From: Bryobacterales bacterium
GTDB taxonomy: Bacteria; Acidobacteriota; Terriglobia; Bryobacterales; UBA6623
Assembly: GCA_963422375.2 (NCBI GenBank)
Contig: OY729427.2
Span: 864,001 to 928,000 of the forward strand
Direction: 5' to 3'
Length of the DNA: 64,000 bases
Shown: positions 20,896-30,520 of the stretch, in pieces
Numbering within the stretch: position 1 is the stretch's first letter
Layout: the number at the start of each line of letters is the position of its first letter
Translations under genes and position numbers: made by a program
Notes under the pieces: generated by a model
Told to the model about the DNA's origin: nothing
The model's input: the letters and a program-made list of their open reading frames with translations, nothing else
The model's database searches: none

Positions 20896-22601
20896 CAGCG
20901 GTTCTAAATTTGGCCGTCAAGGGGGTGCGTGAACGTTGTTTCGGAGGATGAGGTGAATAAGTTGACCGAGAGGTTGCGCTCCTGAGGCCGCCCCGCGGGA
21001 GCGTCGGACGGCGGGCAGGGCCGTGGTGCGGGTCCGCCGAGTGCCGAGCCCGCGGCCGGACGCACTCCGGCGGTAGCCGGCTGCGACGGTCGGCCGCTCG
21101 CCGGACGCTGCCGGCACGAAACTGCGCGGAGTCCAGGCCCCGGCTGCCCGGCCGCCTGGCAGCCCGGAGGCGCGCGTCCGGCGCGCACCGCCGCCAGCAG
21201 CGTCGGCCAGTCCGGGAAACGGAACCAGCGCAGCGCGACCTGCAGCTCCCGGAACAGGGCGCGGCGCGTGACCGGCTGGCGCAGCGCGCAGACGCACTGC
21301 ACCACGGCGTGGAGTGCGAAGGCGAACAGGTTCGGCACGGCCAGCACGTTGGCCAGCCCTTCCTTGCCGTGCCCGAAGTTGCGCTTGAAGTTGCGGCCGT
21401 GCCGCGCCAGGCAGTTGAAGCCCTCGTTCTCGATCTTCCAGCGCGCCCGGCCGGCGCGCGCGATCCGCTCCGCGTTGTCCGCGGTGACCGCGAGACCGGT
21501 GAAGAAGCTGCTGGCGTAGGTGCGCTTGCCGTCGCGCTCCACGGCGTACTCGAGCCAAGTGCCCTGCAGGGCGTCGCGGCCCTGGCGCAGGGGCACCGCG
21601 GCCGTCCGGCGGAAACGGTGCCGCTCGGACCGCTTGCCCTTCCCGCGCCGCGGCAGCCAGCCGGTCGAGCGCACCGCGCCGCTCGCCCGCCGGCTCTCCG
21701 GCACCTCGTACAATCCCTTGCGGGATCCGGGCTTGCCTACCCGGATGCAGTCCATGCCGGCCGCCGCGGCGGCCTCGCAGACCGGCTGGCAGCAGTACAG
21801 GGCGTCGCCCGGCAGGACGGGGCGGCAGGCCTGCAGCCAGGCGCCGTCAGCGGCGAGCCAGCGCTTGGCGGCGTTGCGCTCGCAGTCCCGCTTGCGCTCG
21901 TCCTCGCTCGTGTCGGCGCGGGTCGCGGCCGCGGCCTGCAGCGGGCGCACGAACTCGGGCATCAGCGGCAGGACGGTGGCGTGGCCGTCGGCCACCGCGG
22001 TGGCCGCGACCATGGCGTGGAAGTGATGCGGCCGGCGCTCGCTGCCGACGCGCCGCACCGAGCACTGCGGGCCATGCACCCTGTCGGAGCGGTGGAACCG
22101 GACGCCGTCCGGCGCCGCCGGCAGGCGCTCGTCGAGGCGCTGGAAGGGCTCGAGCGCGCCCGGCGCGGCCACGGTTGCGAGGCACCGCCGGAAGAGCGGG
22201 TCGAACGCGGCCGGGTCGAGGTCGTCGAGCAAGTTGCGGATCCGGTTGTCGCAGGGGATGCGGCCCACGCCGCACAGGGTCCGGCAGTTGGAGCGGGAGC
22301 CGTCCCGCTCCATGCGCCGCTGGAACGCGAGCAACGACTCGCACCGGGTGCAGAAGCAGGCCGGGGCGCACCAGGGCGCAACCGGCGGCGTCGCTGACCT
22401 CGTAGCGCTTGTTGCTGCGACCGTCGCGCCGGTCGGGCCGGCCGGCGGCCGTCTCGCGGAAGGCGCTCAGCGGCGAGTCCAGGACATGGGGCATACACCT
22501 TAGCTCACAAATTCCGCAAGGAAAAGTCAAGTGCCAGACTGCCTTCGACACCTTTCTCAGACACTCTGGAAATCCCAAAATGCCCAAATTGAGAATCGCT
22601 G
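20896..22601 (-). mobile_element. ISNCY-like insertion sequence, copy 2 with complete boundaries
   Basis: TIRs CAGCGGTTCTAAATTTGG / CCAAATTGAGAATCGCTG; 9-bp TSD TCCTTCCGT at 20887-20895 and 22602-22610; homologous to 8970-10394. Confidence 0.95.
20904..22494 (-). pseudogene. ISNCY-like DDE transposase, frameshifted
   Basis: ATG at 22494 (MPHVLDS...); 10-bp tandem duplication near 22362-22381 breaks the frame; DCERNAAKRW, GDALYC, RWKIENEGFN, NFGHG. Confidence 0.88.
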
Positions 22602-23335
22602 TCCTTCCGTTCCTTTTCACGGCAGTTTCGAGGTATCGCTGGCCCGCTCGAGGGCCAAGTGGGCGTCGATCCGGAGGCGGACCGCTGCGTGGACATCGGG
22701 ACTTCAGTCGCTCTCAGGGGAATAATACCGTCGCGAGTTGAATTCGTGTCGGCTCCGGCTCTCGCGCGGACTTCAACTCATTCTGGCGGCCGGGCAGGCA
22801 GGTGACAAGCGAGAGCGCGCGACGATCGCAGGCGTACCGCCAGCTAAGAGGACTCGGACTTGCGGAACCTGGCCCCGCCGTCGGCAAGGAGAGGCACCCT
22901 TGGCTTTCCGGAATGTCCGAGGGCAGCGCCCGCGAAGCTCCCCGGGATCGCTTTCCATTCGCCACCGATCGTCTGGAACCGACACGAAACCAGTAGTTGC
23001 AATCTCCGGCCTCGTAACCGTCAAGGCCTCCCAGCGAGGTGGCGGGCCCTGCTCCGGACGAGCCGAGCGCACGGACGGGGTGGCTGCGATAGCCGGCGAC
23101 GAATCCGGGTCCGCGGGCCCACGCCGTTGCCGCCCTAGAATCTTACGAGTCGCTTTCCGCTCGGCTGCGGCATTGGAAGCCCGCTCCGGCGTGATTCATT
23201 CCCGGCCATCAATGGTCGCGGCCGGCGAGGCGGCCGACCGCTCGAGCCTCCGCTCGACGCCAGGCTCCGCGTAGGCGCGCGATGCAGGCCAGATGCAGGC
23301 CAAGCGCGCCGCCTGCTCTGGTAGATTGGGAAGGG

Positions 23336-24235
23336 ATGTCTTCGGGAGCAGCAAACCCAGCAGGCCGTCCCGTCAAAGCAGATGCTCTCGGAACCGCCGG
23401 GCGCGTCGCGCCCCACCCCATCACTCTCGACGGAGCGGCGACGCTGCACCAGATGTTCCGCATGAAGTGGGCTGCGTGGCGCGCCGTCGACCCGGCCGAG
23501 CGCGACGCCATCATCACCGAAGCCGTCTCGGCACTGGGCGCGATGGAAAGGGACGGACCCGGAAGCTCGGCGCTGTTCTCCATGCTGGGCCACAAGGGCG
23601 ACCTGCTGGCGCTGCACTTCCGACCGGATTTCGAGCAGCTGGGTCGCGCCGAGCTGGCGGTCTCCGGCCTACGCCTGCACGAGTTTCTGGAGCCCACCTC
23701 CTCATACGTCTCCGTGGTCGAGCTGGGCTTGTACGATTCGTCGGTCAAGCTCTACAGGGACCTCGCGGCCGAGGGGCTCGAGCAGGACAGCCCCGCGTGG
23801 GCCGAGCGAGTGCGCCTCCGGGCGGGCGAGCAGGCAGCGGCCATGGCGCCGCGCCTGAATCCGCCGATGCCCCCGCACAAGTACCTTTGCTTCTACCCCA
23901 TGGACAAACGCCGCGGCGAGCGCGAGAACTGGTACAGCGAGCCTATCGGCGCACGCGCCGCCATGATGCGGGAGCACGGCATGATCGGCCGCCGGTACGC
24001 GGGACGGGTCAAGCAGATCATATCCGGCTCCATAGGCTTCGACGACTGGGAATGGGGCGTGGACCTATTCGCTAACGACCCGCTGGTCTTCAAGCAGCTG
24101 ATTTACGAGATGCGCTTCGACAAGGCCAGCGCGGTCTTCGCGCTCTTCGGACCGTTCTACCTCAGCATCCGCCTCAGGGCCTCCGAACTCGGCAGCTGGC
24201 TCGGGGCCGCCGACCCCGCCTTCGGGGCCGGCTGA
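23336..24235 (+). CDS. chdC: Coproheme decarboxylase (HemQ/ChdC, chlorite dismutase superfamily)
   Basis: GHKGDL, SYVSVVELG, FYPMDKRR, HGMIGRRYAG, GFDDWEWGVDLF, YEMRFD. Confidence 0.88.
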   Translation: MSSGAANPAGRPVKADALGTAGRVAPHPITLDGAATLHQMFRMKWAAWRAVDPAERDAIITEAVSALGAMERDGPGSSALFSMLGHKGDLLALHFRPDFEQLGRAELAVSGLRLHEFLEPTSSYVSVVELGLYDSSVKLYRDLAAEGLEQDSPAWAERVRLRAGEQAAAMAPRLNPPMPPHKYLCFYPMDKRRGERENWYSEPIGARAAMMREHGMIGRRYAGRVKQIISGSIGFDDWEWGVDLFANDPLVFKQLIYEMRFDKASAVFALFGPFYLSIRLRASELGSWLGAADPAFGAG

Positions 24236-24316
24236 CTTCACGCGCCGCACCGAGGTCTGCCGAGATTCGACTTGGCCGAACCAGTGCTGGTACGATTCAT
24301 GCGACGGGTATCCGCT

Positions 24317-25117
24317 ATGCCTTCGTCCCGCAAGCGAGCTGGCCCAGGACCATTGGCACTCGCGGCGGCTGCCTGCGCCCTGCTGGCGGCGAGCTCCCGC
24401 GGCGCCGAGTTCAAGCTCGCCTTCACCGGCTCGGGATCGAGCCCGGCCTTGCAAGGCGTCCGTCTGGGGATCGACGAGTCCAACCTCCAGGGAGAGTTCC
24501 TCGGAGTGCGGCTCTCGCTTGTCGAGTCGGAGGGCACCTCGGTCCCGAGCGACGCTGTAGCCGTCTTCGCGGACCGGCCCGGCGAGATCCCCGAAGTGGC
24601 GTCTGCGGCCTCCTCCCGAGCCGTCTTCAATCTCAGCGACGACTCCGACGACCTCCGGTCCGCGTGCCTGGAGAACGCCCTTCACGTGATACCCAGCGCG
24701 CAGATGAAGGCCGACGCGGTGCGGCAGTGGCTGCAGCGCAGCCCGGAAGCCACGGTCACCGCTGCCGCCTGGCACGGCGACGCGGTGAAATTCGCCGCCC
24801 GGGATCTGAACAAGCGCTATAAGCGGCGCGCCGGAACCGCCATGGGCCCTTTGGCATGGGCCGGGTGGTTCGCGGCGCGCGCGGTAGGCGACACGCTGAT
24901 GCGCGAGCCGGGGGCAGACGCCGAGAGGCTGCTGCGCCTGCTCAAGAAAGCCGAGGGCCTGGACGGGCAGAAGGGCGACGCCCAGAGCTTCCGGGCGAGT
25001 GGCCAGCTGCGCCAGCCGCTGGTGCTAGTGGGCTCGTCCGGCGCGCTGCTCGGCGAGGCGCCGGTGCGCAGCGCGGCCGGCGGCTTGGACAGCCTGGGAA
25101 AACTACCCTGCGAGTGA
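24317..25117 (+). CDS. Periplasmic binding-protein-like protein resembling those of PQQ-ADH-associated operons; start uncertain
   Basis: GVRLGIDESNLQGEFLG, DDLRSAC...HVIPS, WH...A.DLNKRY, AWAGW, DGQKG..SFR..GQLRQP. Confidence 0.7.
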   Translation: MPSSRKRAGPGPLALAAAACALLAASSRGAEFKLAFTGSGSSPALQGVRLGIDESNLQGEFLGVRLSLVESEGTSVPSDAVAVFADRPGEIPEVASAASSRAVFNLSDDSDDLRSACLENALHVIPSAQMKADAVRQWLQRSPEATVTAAAWHGDAVKFAARDLNKRYKRRAGTAMGPLAWAGWFAARAVGDTLMREPGADAERLLRLLKKAEGLDGQKGDAQSFRASGQLRQPLVLVGSSGALLGEAPVRSAAGGLDSLGKLPCE

Positions 25118-25121
25118 CGCG

Positions 25122-26084
25122 ATGCTTCGATCGGCCCCGGCGATCCTCCTGCTCTCCTGCCTGTCTCTGCTGAGCGGCGAGCCGACATACCGGCTTTTCG
25201 TGAGCAACGAGGCAGGCGATTCCGTGACGGTTATCGACAGCCGCAGCGGCGAGGTCGAACGGACCGTGGAAGTGGGCGGACGCCCGCGGGGCATTGGCTT
25301 CAGCCCGGACCGCTCGAAGGTCTACGTCGCGCTAGGCGACGAGAATGCGATAGGCGTAGTCGACGCCAAGAGCCTGCGGCTGGAGCGCAAGATTCCGGCC
25401 GGGTCGGATCCGGAAGCGTTCGCTGTGCATCCCAACGGCACGATCTACCTGTCGAACGAGGACGACGGGCTAGCGACCGCGCTGGACCCCCTGTCCGGGA
25501 AGATCCTGGCCGAGATCAAGGTAGGGCTCGAGCCCGAGGGCGTCGGCGTCAGCCCCGACGGCAAGCACGTGCTGGTGACTAGCGAGTCCTCCAACATGGT
25601 GCATGTCATCTCCCAAGAGGACCACAAGCTGGTGGCGAACGTGCTGGTGGGAGCCCGGCCGCGGGAGGTGGCCTTCAGCCCCGACGGCAAGTATTTCTGG
25701 GTGACATCCGAGGTAGCCGGCCAGGTCTCAAAGGTTGATCGGTCCTCGCATCGCGTGGCGGCAGTCAACCGCAGGCTCCGGCGCGAGGTGAACCCCCGGG
25801 TCAAGCCGAAGGGAATCCTGCTGAGCCCCGGCGGCGACCGCCTCTACGTGTCGCTCGGGCGCGGCAACGCGGTCGCCGTGCTGGATCCGGACACGCTCGA
25901 GTTGCAGGGCAGCGTGGGGGTCGGGGTCCGCGCCTGGGGCCTGGCCCTGTCGCGCGACGGGTCGCGCCTCTATACGGCCAACGGCCCGGACGCCACGGTG
26001 TCGGTGGTCGACACGGGAACGCTGGCCGAGATCGCGACGATCCCGACCGGTCCGATGCCGTGGGGCATCGCGCTGGATGACTAG
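25122..26084 (+). CDS. YVTN-type beta-propeller (PQQ-catabolism-associated-like)
   Basis: Signal peptide; repeated VG.xP.G..xSPDG blades (GRPRGI, SDPEAF, LEPEGV, ARPRE). Confidence 0.85.
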   Translation: MLRSAPAILLLSCLSLLSGEPTYRLFVSNEAGDSVTVIDSRSGEVERTVEVGGRPRGIGFSPDRSKVYVALGDENAIGVVDAKSLRLERKIPAGSDPEAFAVHPNGTIYLSNEDDGLATALDPLSGKILAEIKVGLEPEGVGVSPDGKHVLVTSESSNMVHVISQEDHKLVANVLVGARPREVAFSPDGKYFWVTSEVAGQVSKVDRSSHRVAAVNRRLRREVNPRVKPKGILLSPGGDRLYVSLGRGNAVAVLDPDTLELQGSVGVGVRAWGLALSRDGSRLYTANGPDATVSVVDTGTLAEIATIPTGPMPWGIALDD

Positions 26085-27018
26085 CGGAACGCTCCGGTCG
26101 CTGGCCGCTCTGTGCCTCGCCGGCGCTCTCCAGCCGGCGCCGGCCGCGCGCGATCTCGAAGCGATCGGCTGGAAGCTGTTCTTCGATCCCCTGCTGTCGG
26201 CCCCGCGCAACACGTCCTGCGGCACCTGCCACGTCCCCGAGCACGGCTTCGAGTCGGGTGTCGCGCTGGGCAAGGGGGCCTACGACGACGTGTTGCCGCG
26301 CAACGCGCCGACAGTGGTCAACCTGGCGACAGCCGAATACTTCTTCTGGGACGGGCGGGCCGAGTCGCTCGAGGACCAAGCCAAGGGACCGATCCAGAAC
26401 CCCATCGAGATGAACCTGTCTCTCGAAGAAGCCGTACGGCGCGTGCGCGCCGACCCGCCGTACGCCCGGGCCTTCGCCCGGGCCGGCGTGGAGGACGTAA
26501 CGATCGACGCGATCACCCGGGCGATCGCAGCCTTCGAGAGGAGCCTGGAGACGGGCCCGACGCTGTACGACAAGTGGCTGGAGGGGGACCGGTCCGTCTT
26601 CGGCGACGCGCAGGAGCGCGGCCGGTTGATCTTCTTCACTCGCGGCCAGTGCGCCACCTGCCACTTCGGGCCCAACCACACCGACGGAATGTTCCACAAC
26701 ATCGGCACCGGAACGGCGGCAGACCCGGGCCGGTCGGCGGTCAGCAAGGACGATTACGACCTAGGAGCGTTCAAGACGCCCTCCCTGCGCAATTGGAAGG
26801 GTCGCGAGCCCTTCATGCACGACGGCCGCTTCGCGACGCTCGACGAGGTCCTGGACTTCTACAACGAGCCTAAGACCGGCGCGATCGGCGAGACCGAGCT
26901 CGACCCGCTGGGGCTGACCGAACAGGAGCACGCCGACCTCATGGCATTCCTTGAGACCCTGAACGGCTCGTGGCCCGACCTCGGCCCGTACGAAGCGGCT
27001 TGGAACGCGCTGCAGTAG
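26077..27018 (+). CDS. Diheme cytochrome c peroxidase / MauG-family protein
   Basis: LFFDPLLS, CGTCH, RNAPT, FFWDGRA, NPIEM, CATCH, FKTPSLRN, PFMHDG. Confidence 0.9.
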   Translation: MTSGTLRSLAALCLAGALQPAPAARDLEAIGWKLFFDPLLSAPRNTSCGTCHVPEHGFESGVALGKGAYDDVLPRNAPTVVNLATAEYFFWDGRAESLEDQAKGPIQNPIEMNLSLEEAVRRVRADPPYARAFARAGVEDVTIDAITRAIAAFERSLETGPTLYDKWLEGDRSVFGDAQERGRLIFFTRGQCATCHFGPNHTDGMFHNIGTGTAADPGRSAVSKDDYDLGAFKTPSLRNWKGREPFMHDGRFATLDEVLDFYNEPKTGAIGETELDPLGLTEQEHADLMAFLETLNGSWPDLGPYEAAWNALQ

Positions 27019-27049
27019 GCTGCTCCCCTCCCCCGCCCCGCAACCAGCC

Positions 27050-28297
27050 GTGACGCTGCTTCCCGACGAACCCAGGTGGCGCCGCTGGATCGCCCTGGCG
27101 GCATTCGGCGCGACCGCGGCGAATCTCGCGTCCATCGCCGCCGCGCATGCCATCCTCGCCGTCGGGCTGGCCTTGCTGCTGCTGCGCCCTGCCAGGGTTC
27201 GCTTCCCGCCGGCCGCTTGGCCGCTCGCGGCGCTGGCGGCGTGGACGCTGGCAGCCGCCGCCGTTTCCGAAGACCCGGCCGCGGCGCTGCCCCAGATCAA
27301 GAAGTTCTTCGTCTTCGCGATCCTGCCATTGGCCTACACGGCGTTCCGCTCGGCCGACGCCTGCCGACGCGCGGCCGAGTCGTGGTACGTCGTCACGCTC
27401 GGCGCCTGCTGCGTCGCGACGGCGCAGTTCGCGGCCGCGACGCTGCGCGCCGGCACCCTGGACAGCGAGTTCTACAGGCTCTACGTGGACGACCGCGTGA
27501 CCGGGTTCTACAGCCACTGGATGACCTTCAGCCAGGCCTCCGTGCTGGTCCTGCTCACCCTGGCCTGCTACCTCGCGTTCGGGGAGCGGCGCAAGGGAGC
27601 CGCGATCTGGGCCGCGGTCGGCGGCTTGCTGGCGGCGGCCCTCCTGCTCAGCTTCACGCGGAGCGCCTGGCTGGCCCTCGTAGCCGGCGGGATCTACCTG
27701 CTGGCAGTCAAGAGGCCGCGGCTGCTCCTAGCCATTCCGGTCGCGCTGGCCGCCATCTACCTGGCCGCTCCGGAAGCCGTGCAGCAGCGCGTCCGGTCGA
27801 TCCGGCCCGGCGCCAATCAAGCGCGCATCGTGATGTGGCGGACCGGGCTGAACATGATTTGGGACCGTCCATTGGCGGGCGTGGGACCGGAGCGGGCCGG
27901 ACCGCTCTTCTCCGAGTACCAGCCCGAGGACGTGGGGGAGCTGCCGCCGGGATTCTACGGGCACCTGCACAACGTTTTCGTCCACTACGCGGCCGAGCGA
28001 GGGATCCCGGCGGCGCTGATCGTGCTGTGGCTGTTCGCACAGGTGCTGCTCGACATGCGCCGCGGCCTGCGAGCGCTGCCCGACCGGCCGGACGACCGCC
28101 GGTTCCTGCTGCACGCCGGCGTCTGCGGCACCCTCGCGGTCGCCATCCTGAGCTGCTTCGACGTGTCCCTTGGAGACAGCGAGGTGCTGGCCGCGTACCT
28201 CGCGATCACGGCCATCGCCTACCGGGGAATGCCTGGCGCGAACGAGGCCCGGCCGCCCGGCGGGGCGGCCGGGAACAGCGGCGGCCCTGTGCCATGA
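27050..28297 (+). CDS. O-antigen ligase (Wzy_C) family membrane protein
   Basis: Multiple TM helices; SFTRSAW, RIVMWR, GVG, HLHN..VHYAAERG. Confidence 0.85.
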   Translation: MTLLPDEPRWRRWIALAAFGATAANLASIAAAHAILAVGLALLLLRPARVRFPPAAWPLAALAAWTLAAAAVSEDPAAALPQIKKFFVFAILPLAYTAFRSADACRRAAESWYVVTLGACCVATAQFAAATLRAGTLDSEFYRLYVDDRVTGFYSHWMTFSQASVLVLLTLACYLAFGERRKGAAIWAAVGGLLAAALLLSFTRSAWLALVAGGIYLLAVKRPRLLLAIPVALAAIYLAAPEAVQQRVRSIRPGANQARIVMWRTGLNMIWDRPLAGVGPERAGPLFSEYQPEDVGELPPGFYGHLHNVFVHYAAERGIPAALIVLWLFAQVLLDMRRGLRALPDRPDDRRFLLHAGVCGTLAVAILSCFDVSLGDSEVLAAYLAITAIAYRGMPGANEARPPGGAAGNSGGPVP

Positions 28298-28313
28298 TGG
28301 ACTGCTGGTTCGC

Positions 28314-29792
28314 ATGCAGTTCTCTCTCTCGGACGCCCCCCTTGAAGGCCTGGCAGCCGACGCGGCCATCGGATTCGTCTACGAAGGCGACGGCGGGCAG
28401 GTGCCCGGACTCGCTTACTGGAACGCCCTCTCCGGCGGGCTGGCCGGGGAGATGGCCGCGCGAGGCGAGTTCCGGGGAGGCTACGAGTCCGCGGCCGTGA
28501 TCCACCGGCCGGCCGGCATGCGCGCCGGGCGGCTGCTGCTAGCCGGCCTGGGACGGCCCGAGAAGATCGCGGCGTGGCGGTGGCGCGATGCCGCGGCCAG
28601 CGCCTGGCGGCAGCTGCGCACCACGGGTGCGCAGAGCCTAGCGGCGCTGATCCCGTACGGAGCGGCGGCCGACGAAGGGCTGCGGGCCGTCGTCGAGGGC
28701 ATCGCGCTGGCAGACTACGAGCCAGATCTTCACAAGACCTCCAACCGGAAGGAATCGTCCTTGGAGCGCGTGACGGTGACAGCGCCCGGGGCGACCCAAG
28801 CGGCCCTGGAGCGGGCCGTGTCGACGTCGCTGGGGCAGAACCGAGCCCGCGAGCTGGCGAACGAGCCGGGGAACCTGCTGCCGCCGAGGGAGCTCGCCGA
28901 CCGGGCCTTGGCGCTGGCGCGGGATTGCGGCCTGGCATGCGAAGTGCTCGACCGCGACGCGATGCGGGACCTCGGAATGGGAGCCTTGCTGGGCGTGGCC
29001 CAAGGCAGCGCTCGCGAGCCCGTAATGCTCCTGATCCGCTACCGGCCCGACGGCTCCGAGGCGCGTGGCGGGGCGCACCTCGGGCTGGTCGGGAAGGCGG
29101 TGACGTTCGACACCGGCGGGATCTCCCTGAAGCCTGCCGCCGACATGCACCTGATGAAGCACGACATGGCCGGCGGCGCGGCCATGATCGGCGCGATGCT
29201 GGCCATCGCCGCGGTCCGCCCGCGCATACCCGTCACGGCCGTGATCCCATCCGTGGAGAACATGCCGGGAGGCATGGCGCAGCGCCCGGGGGATATCGTC
29301 ACGACGATGGCCGGCAAGACGGTCGAGGTGCTGAACACGGACGCCGAGGGGCGCCTGATCCTCGCCGACGCGCTGGCGTACGCCAAGTCCCAGGGCTGCA
29401 CGCACCTAGTCGACGCCGCGACACTGACGGGCGCGATCGTGGTAGCGCTGGGTACCGACTACACGGGGCTGTTCGGCAACGACGATGCGTGGACGGAGCG
29501 GGTGCTGCAGGCGTCGCGAATCGCGGGCGAGAAGATGTGGCCCATGCCCCTGGGCGAAGAGTTCTCCAAGCTGCTCGAGAGCACGGTCGCGGACGTGGCG
29601 AACATCGGACCGCGCTGGGGCGGAGCGGTCACTGCGGCGGCCTTCCTCGAGCACTTCGCGGGCGACACGCCGTGGGTGCATCTCGACATCGCCGGCACCG
29701 CCTGGCACGAGAAGAAGCGCCCGCGCGCCCCGGTCGGGGCGACGGGCGTCGGCGTGCCGACGCTCGTGGAGCTCGCGCTGGGTCTCGAGTGA
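28314..29792 (+). CDS. pepA: Leucyl aminopeptidase (M17)
   Basis: GKAVTFDTGG, MKHDMAG, NTDAEGRL, ATLTGA, HLDIAGT. Confidence 0.95.
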   Translation: MQFSLSDAPLEGLAADAAIGFVYEGDGGQVPGLAYWNALSGGLAGEMAARGEFRGGYESAAVIHRPAGMRAGRLLLAGLGRPEKIAAWRWRDAAASAWRQLRTTGAQSLAALIPYGAAADEGLRAVVEGIALADYEPDLHKTSNRKESSLERVTVTAPGATQAALERAVSTSLGQNRARELANEPGNLLPPRELADRALALARDCGLACEVLDRDAMRDLGMGALLGVAQGSAREPVMLLIRYRPDGSEARGGAHLGLVGKAVTFDTGGISLKPAADMHLMKHDMAGGAAMIGAMLAIAAVRPRIPVTAVIPSVENMPGGMAQRPGDIVTTMAGKTVEVLNTDAEGRLILADALAYAKSQGCTHLVDAATLTGAIVVALGTDYTGLFGNDDAWTERVLQASRIAGEKMWPMPLGEEFSKLLESTVADVANIGPRWGGAVTAAAFLEHFAGDTPWVHLDIAGTAWHEKKRPRAPVGATGVGVPTLVELALGLE

Positions 29793-29800
29793 TCCCCGGC

Positions 29801-30415
29801 CTAGTGGATCGTCGAGGCCCCTTCCATCCCCATGGGCCCGGCGGTGACATTGCGGTTGACGTGCCGGTCGAGGTTGATGACGTAGGTTTCGGGCGCGTTC
29901 AGCAGCTGCGGTGAGTGCGTCGCGGCGACGATGCGGAAGTTCCTGGAGTCCACGAGCTCCTTGAGCATCTTGAGGATGCGCCGCTGGTTCGACTGGGAGA
30001 GCGCCATCTCGGGCTCGTCCAGCAGCAGGACGGAGCCGTCGGGCAGCTGCGGGAAGGTCTCGCGGAAGAGCGAAAGCATCACCTGGCCGTGGCTGGCCGT
30101 CTCCAGGAATTCCCGCATGCCCGATTCTCCGTCATAGAGCGAGGGGTTGGTGCGCGGGTTGTGCTGCTCGGCATCGAACAGCAGCACCTTGCCCAGCTCC
30201 ACGTCGCGCCGGTCCAGCCGGTAGGCGTAGTTGTCGGCCCGCTCGTCCCTCAGGGCGTAGTGGATCGAGTGCAGGAGCGTGGACTTCCCGGATCCGTTCT
30301 CGCCTTCCAGCATGATCAGCGGGTGGGACAGGTCCACGATCATCGGCATGTGGAAATTGAGGTTCATGAAGACCGGATGGCTGAGGATCTTGAGGAACAT
30401 GCCTTCGACCAGCAT
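29801..30415 (-). CDS. Stand-alone ABC-type ATPase
   Basis: GENGSGKS Walker A, SHGQ signature, LLDEPE Walker B, ATHS H-loop. Confidence 0.85.
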   Translation of the reverse strand: MLVEGMFLKILSHPVFMNLNFHMPMIVDLSHPLIMLEGENGSGKSTLLHSIHYALRDERADNYAYRLDRRDVELGKVLLFDAEQHNPRTNPSLYDGESGMREFLETASHGQVMLSLFRETFPQLPDGSVLLLDEPEMALSQSNQRRILKMLKELVDSRNFRIVAATHSPQLLNAPETYVINLDRHVNRNVTAGPMGMEGASTIH

Positions 30416-30520
30416 AGCTTGCAGGCTCTCCGGGCCGGCACCTGCCCGGGGCAGGGCCGCAGTAAGATTGAGGGGACGCGCGGGTGCGAACGGCGGGAAC
30501 GCCGCCCCGCGCCCGGCTCC

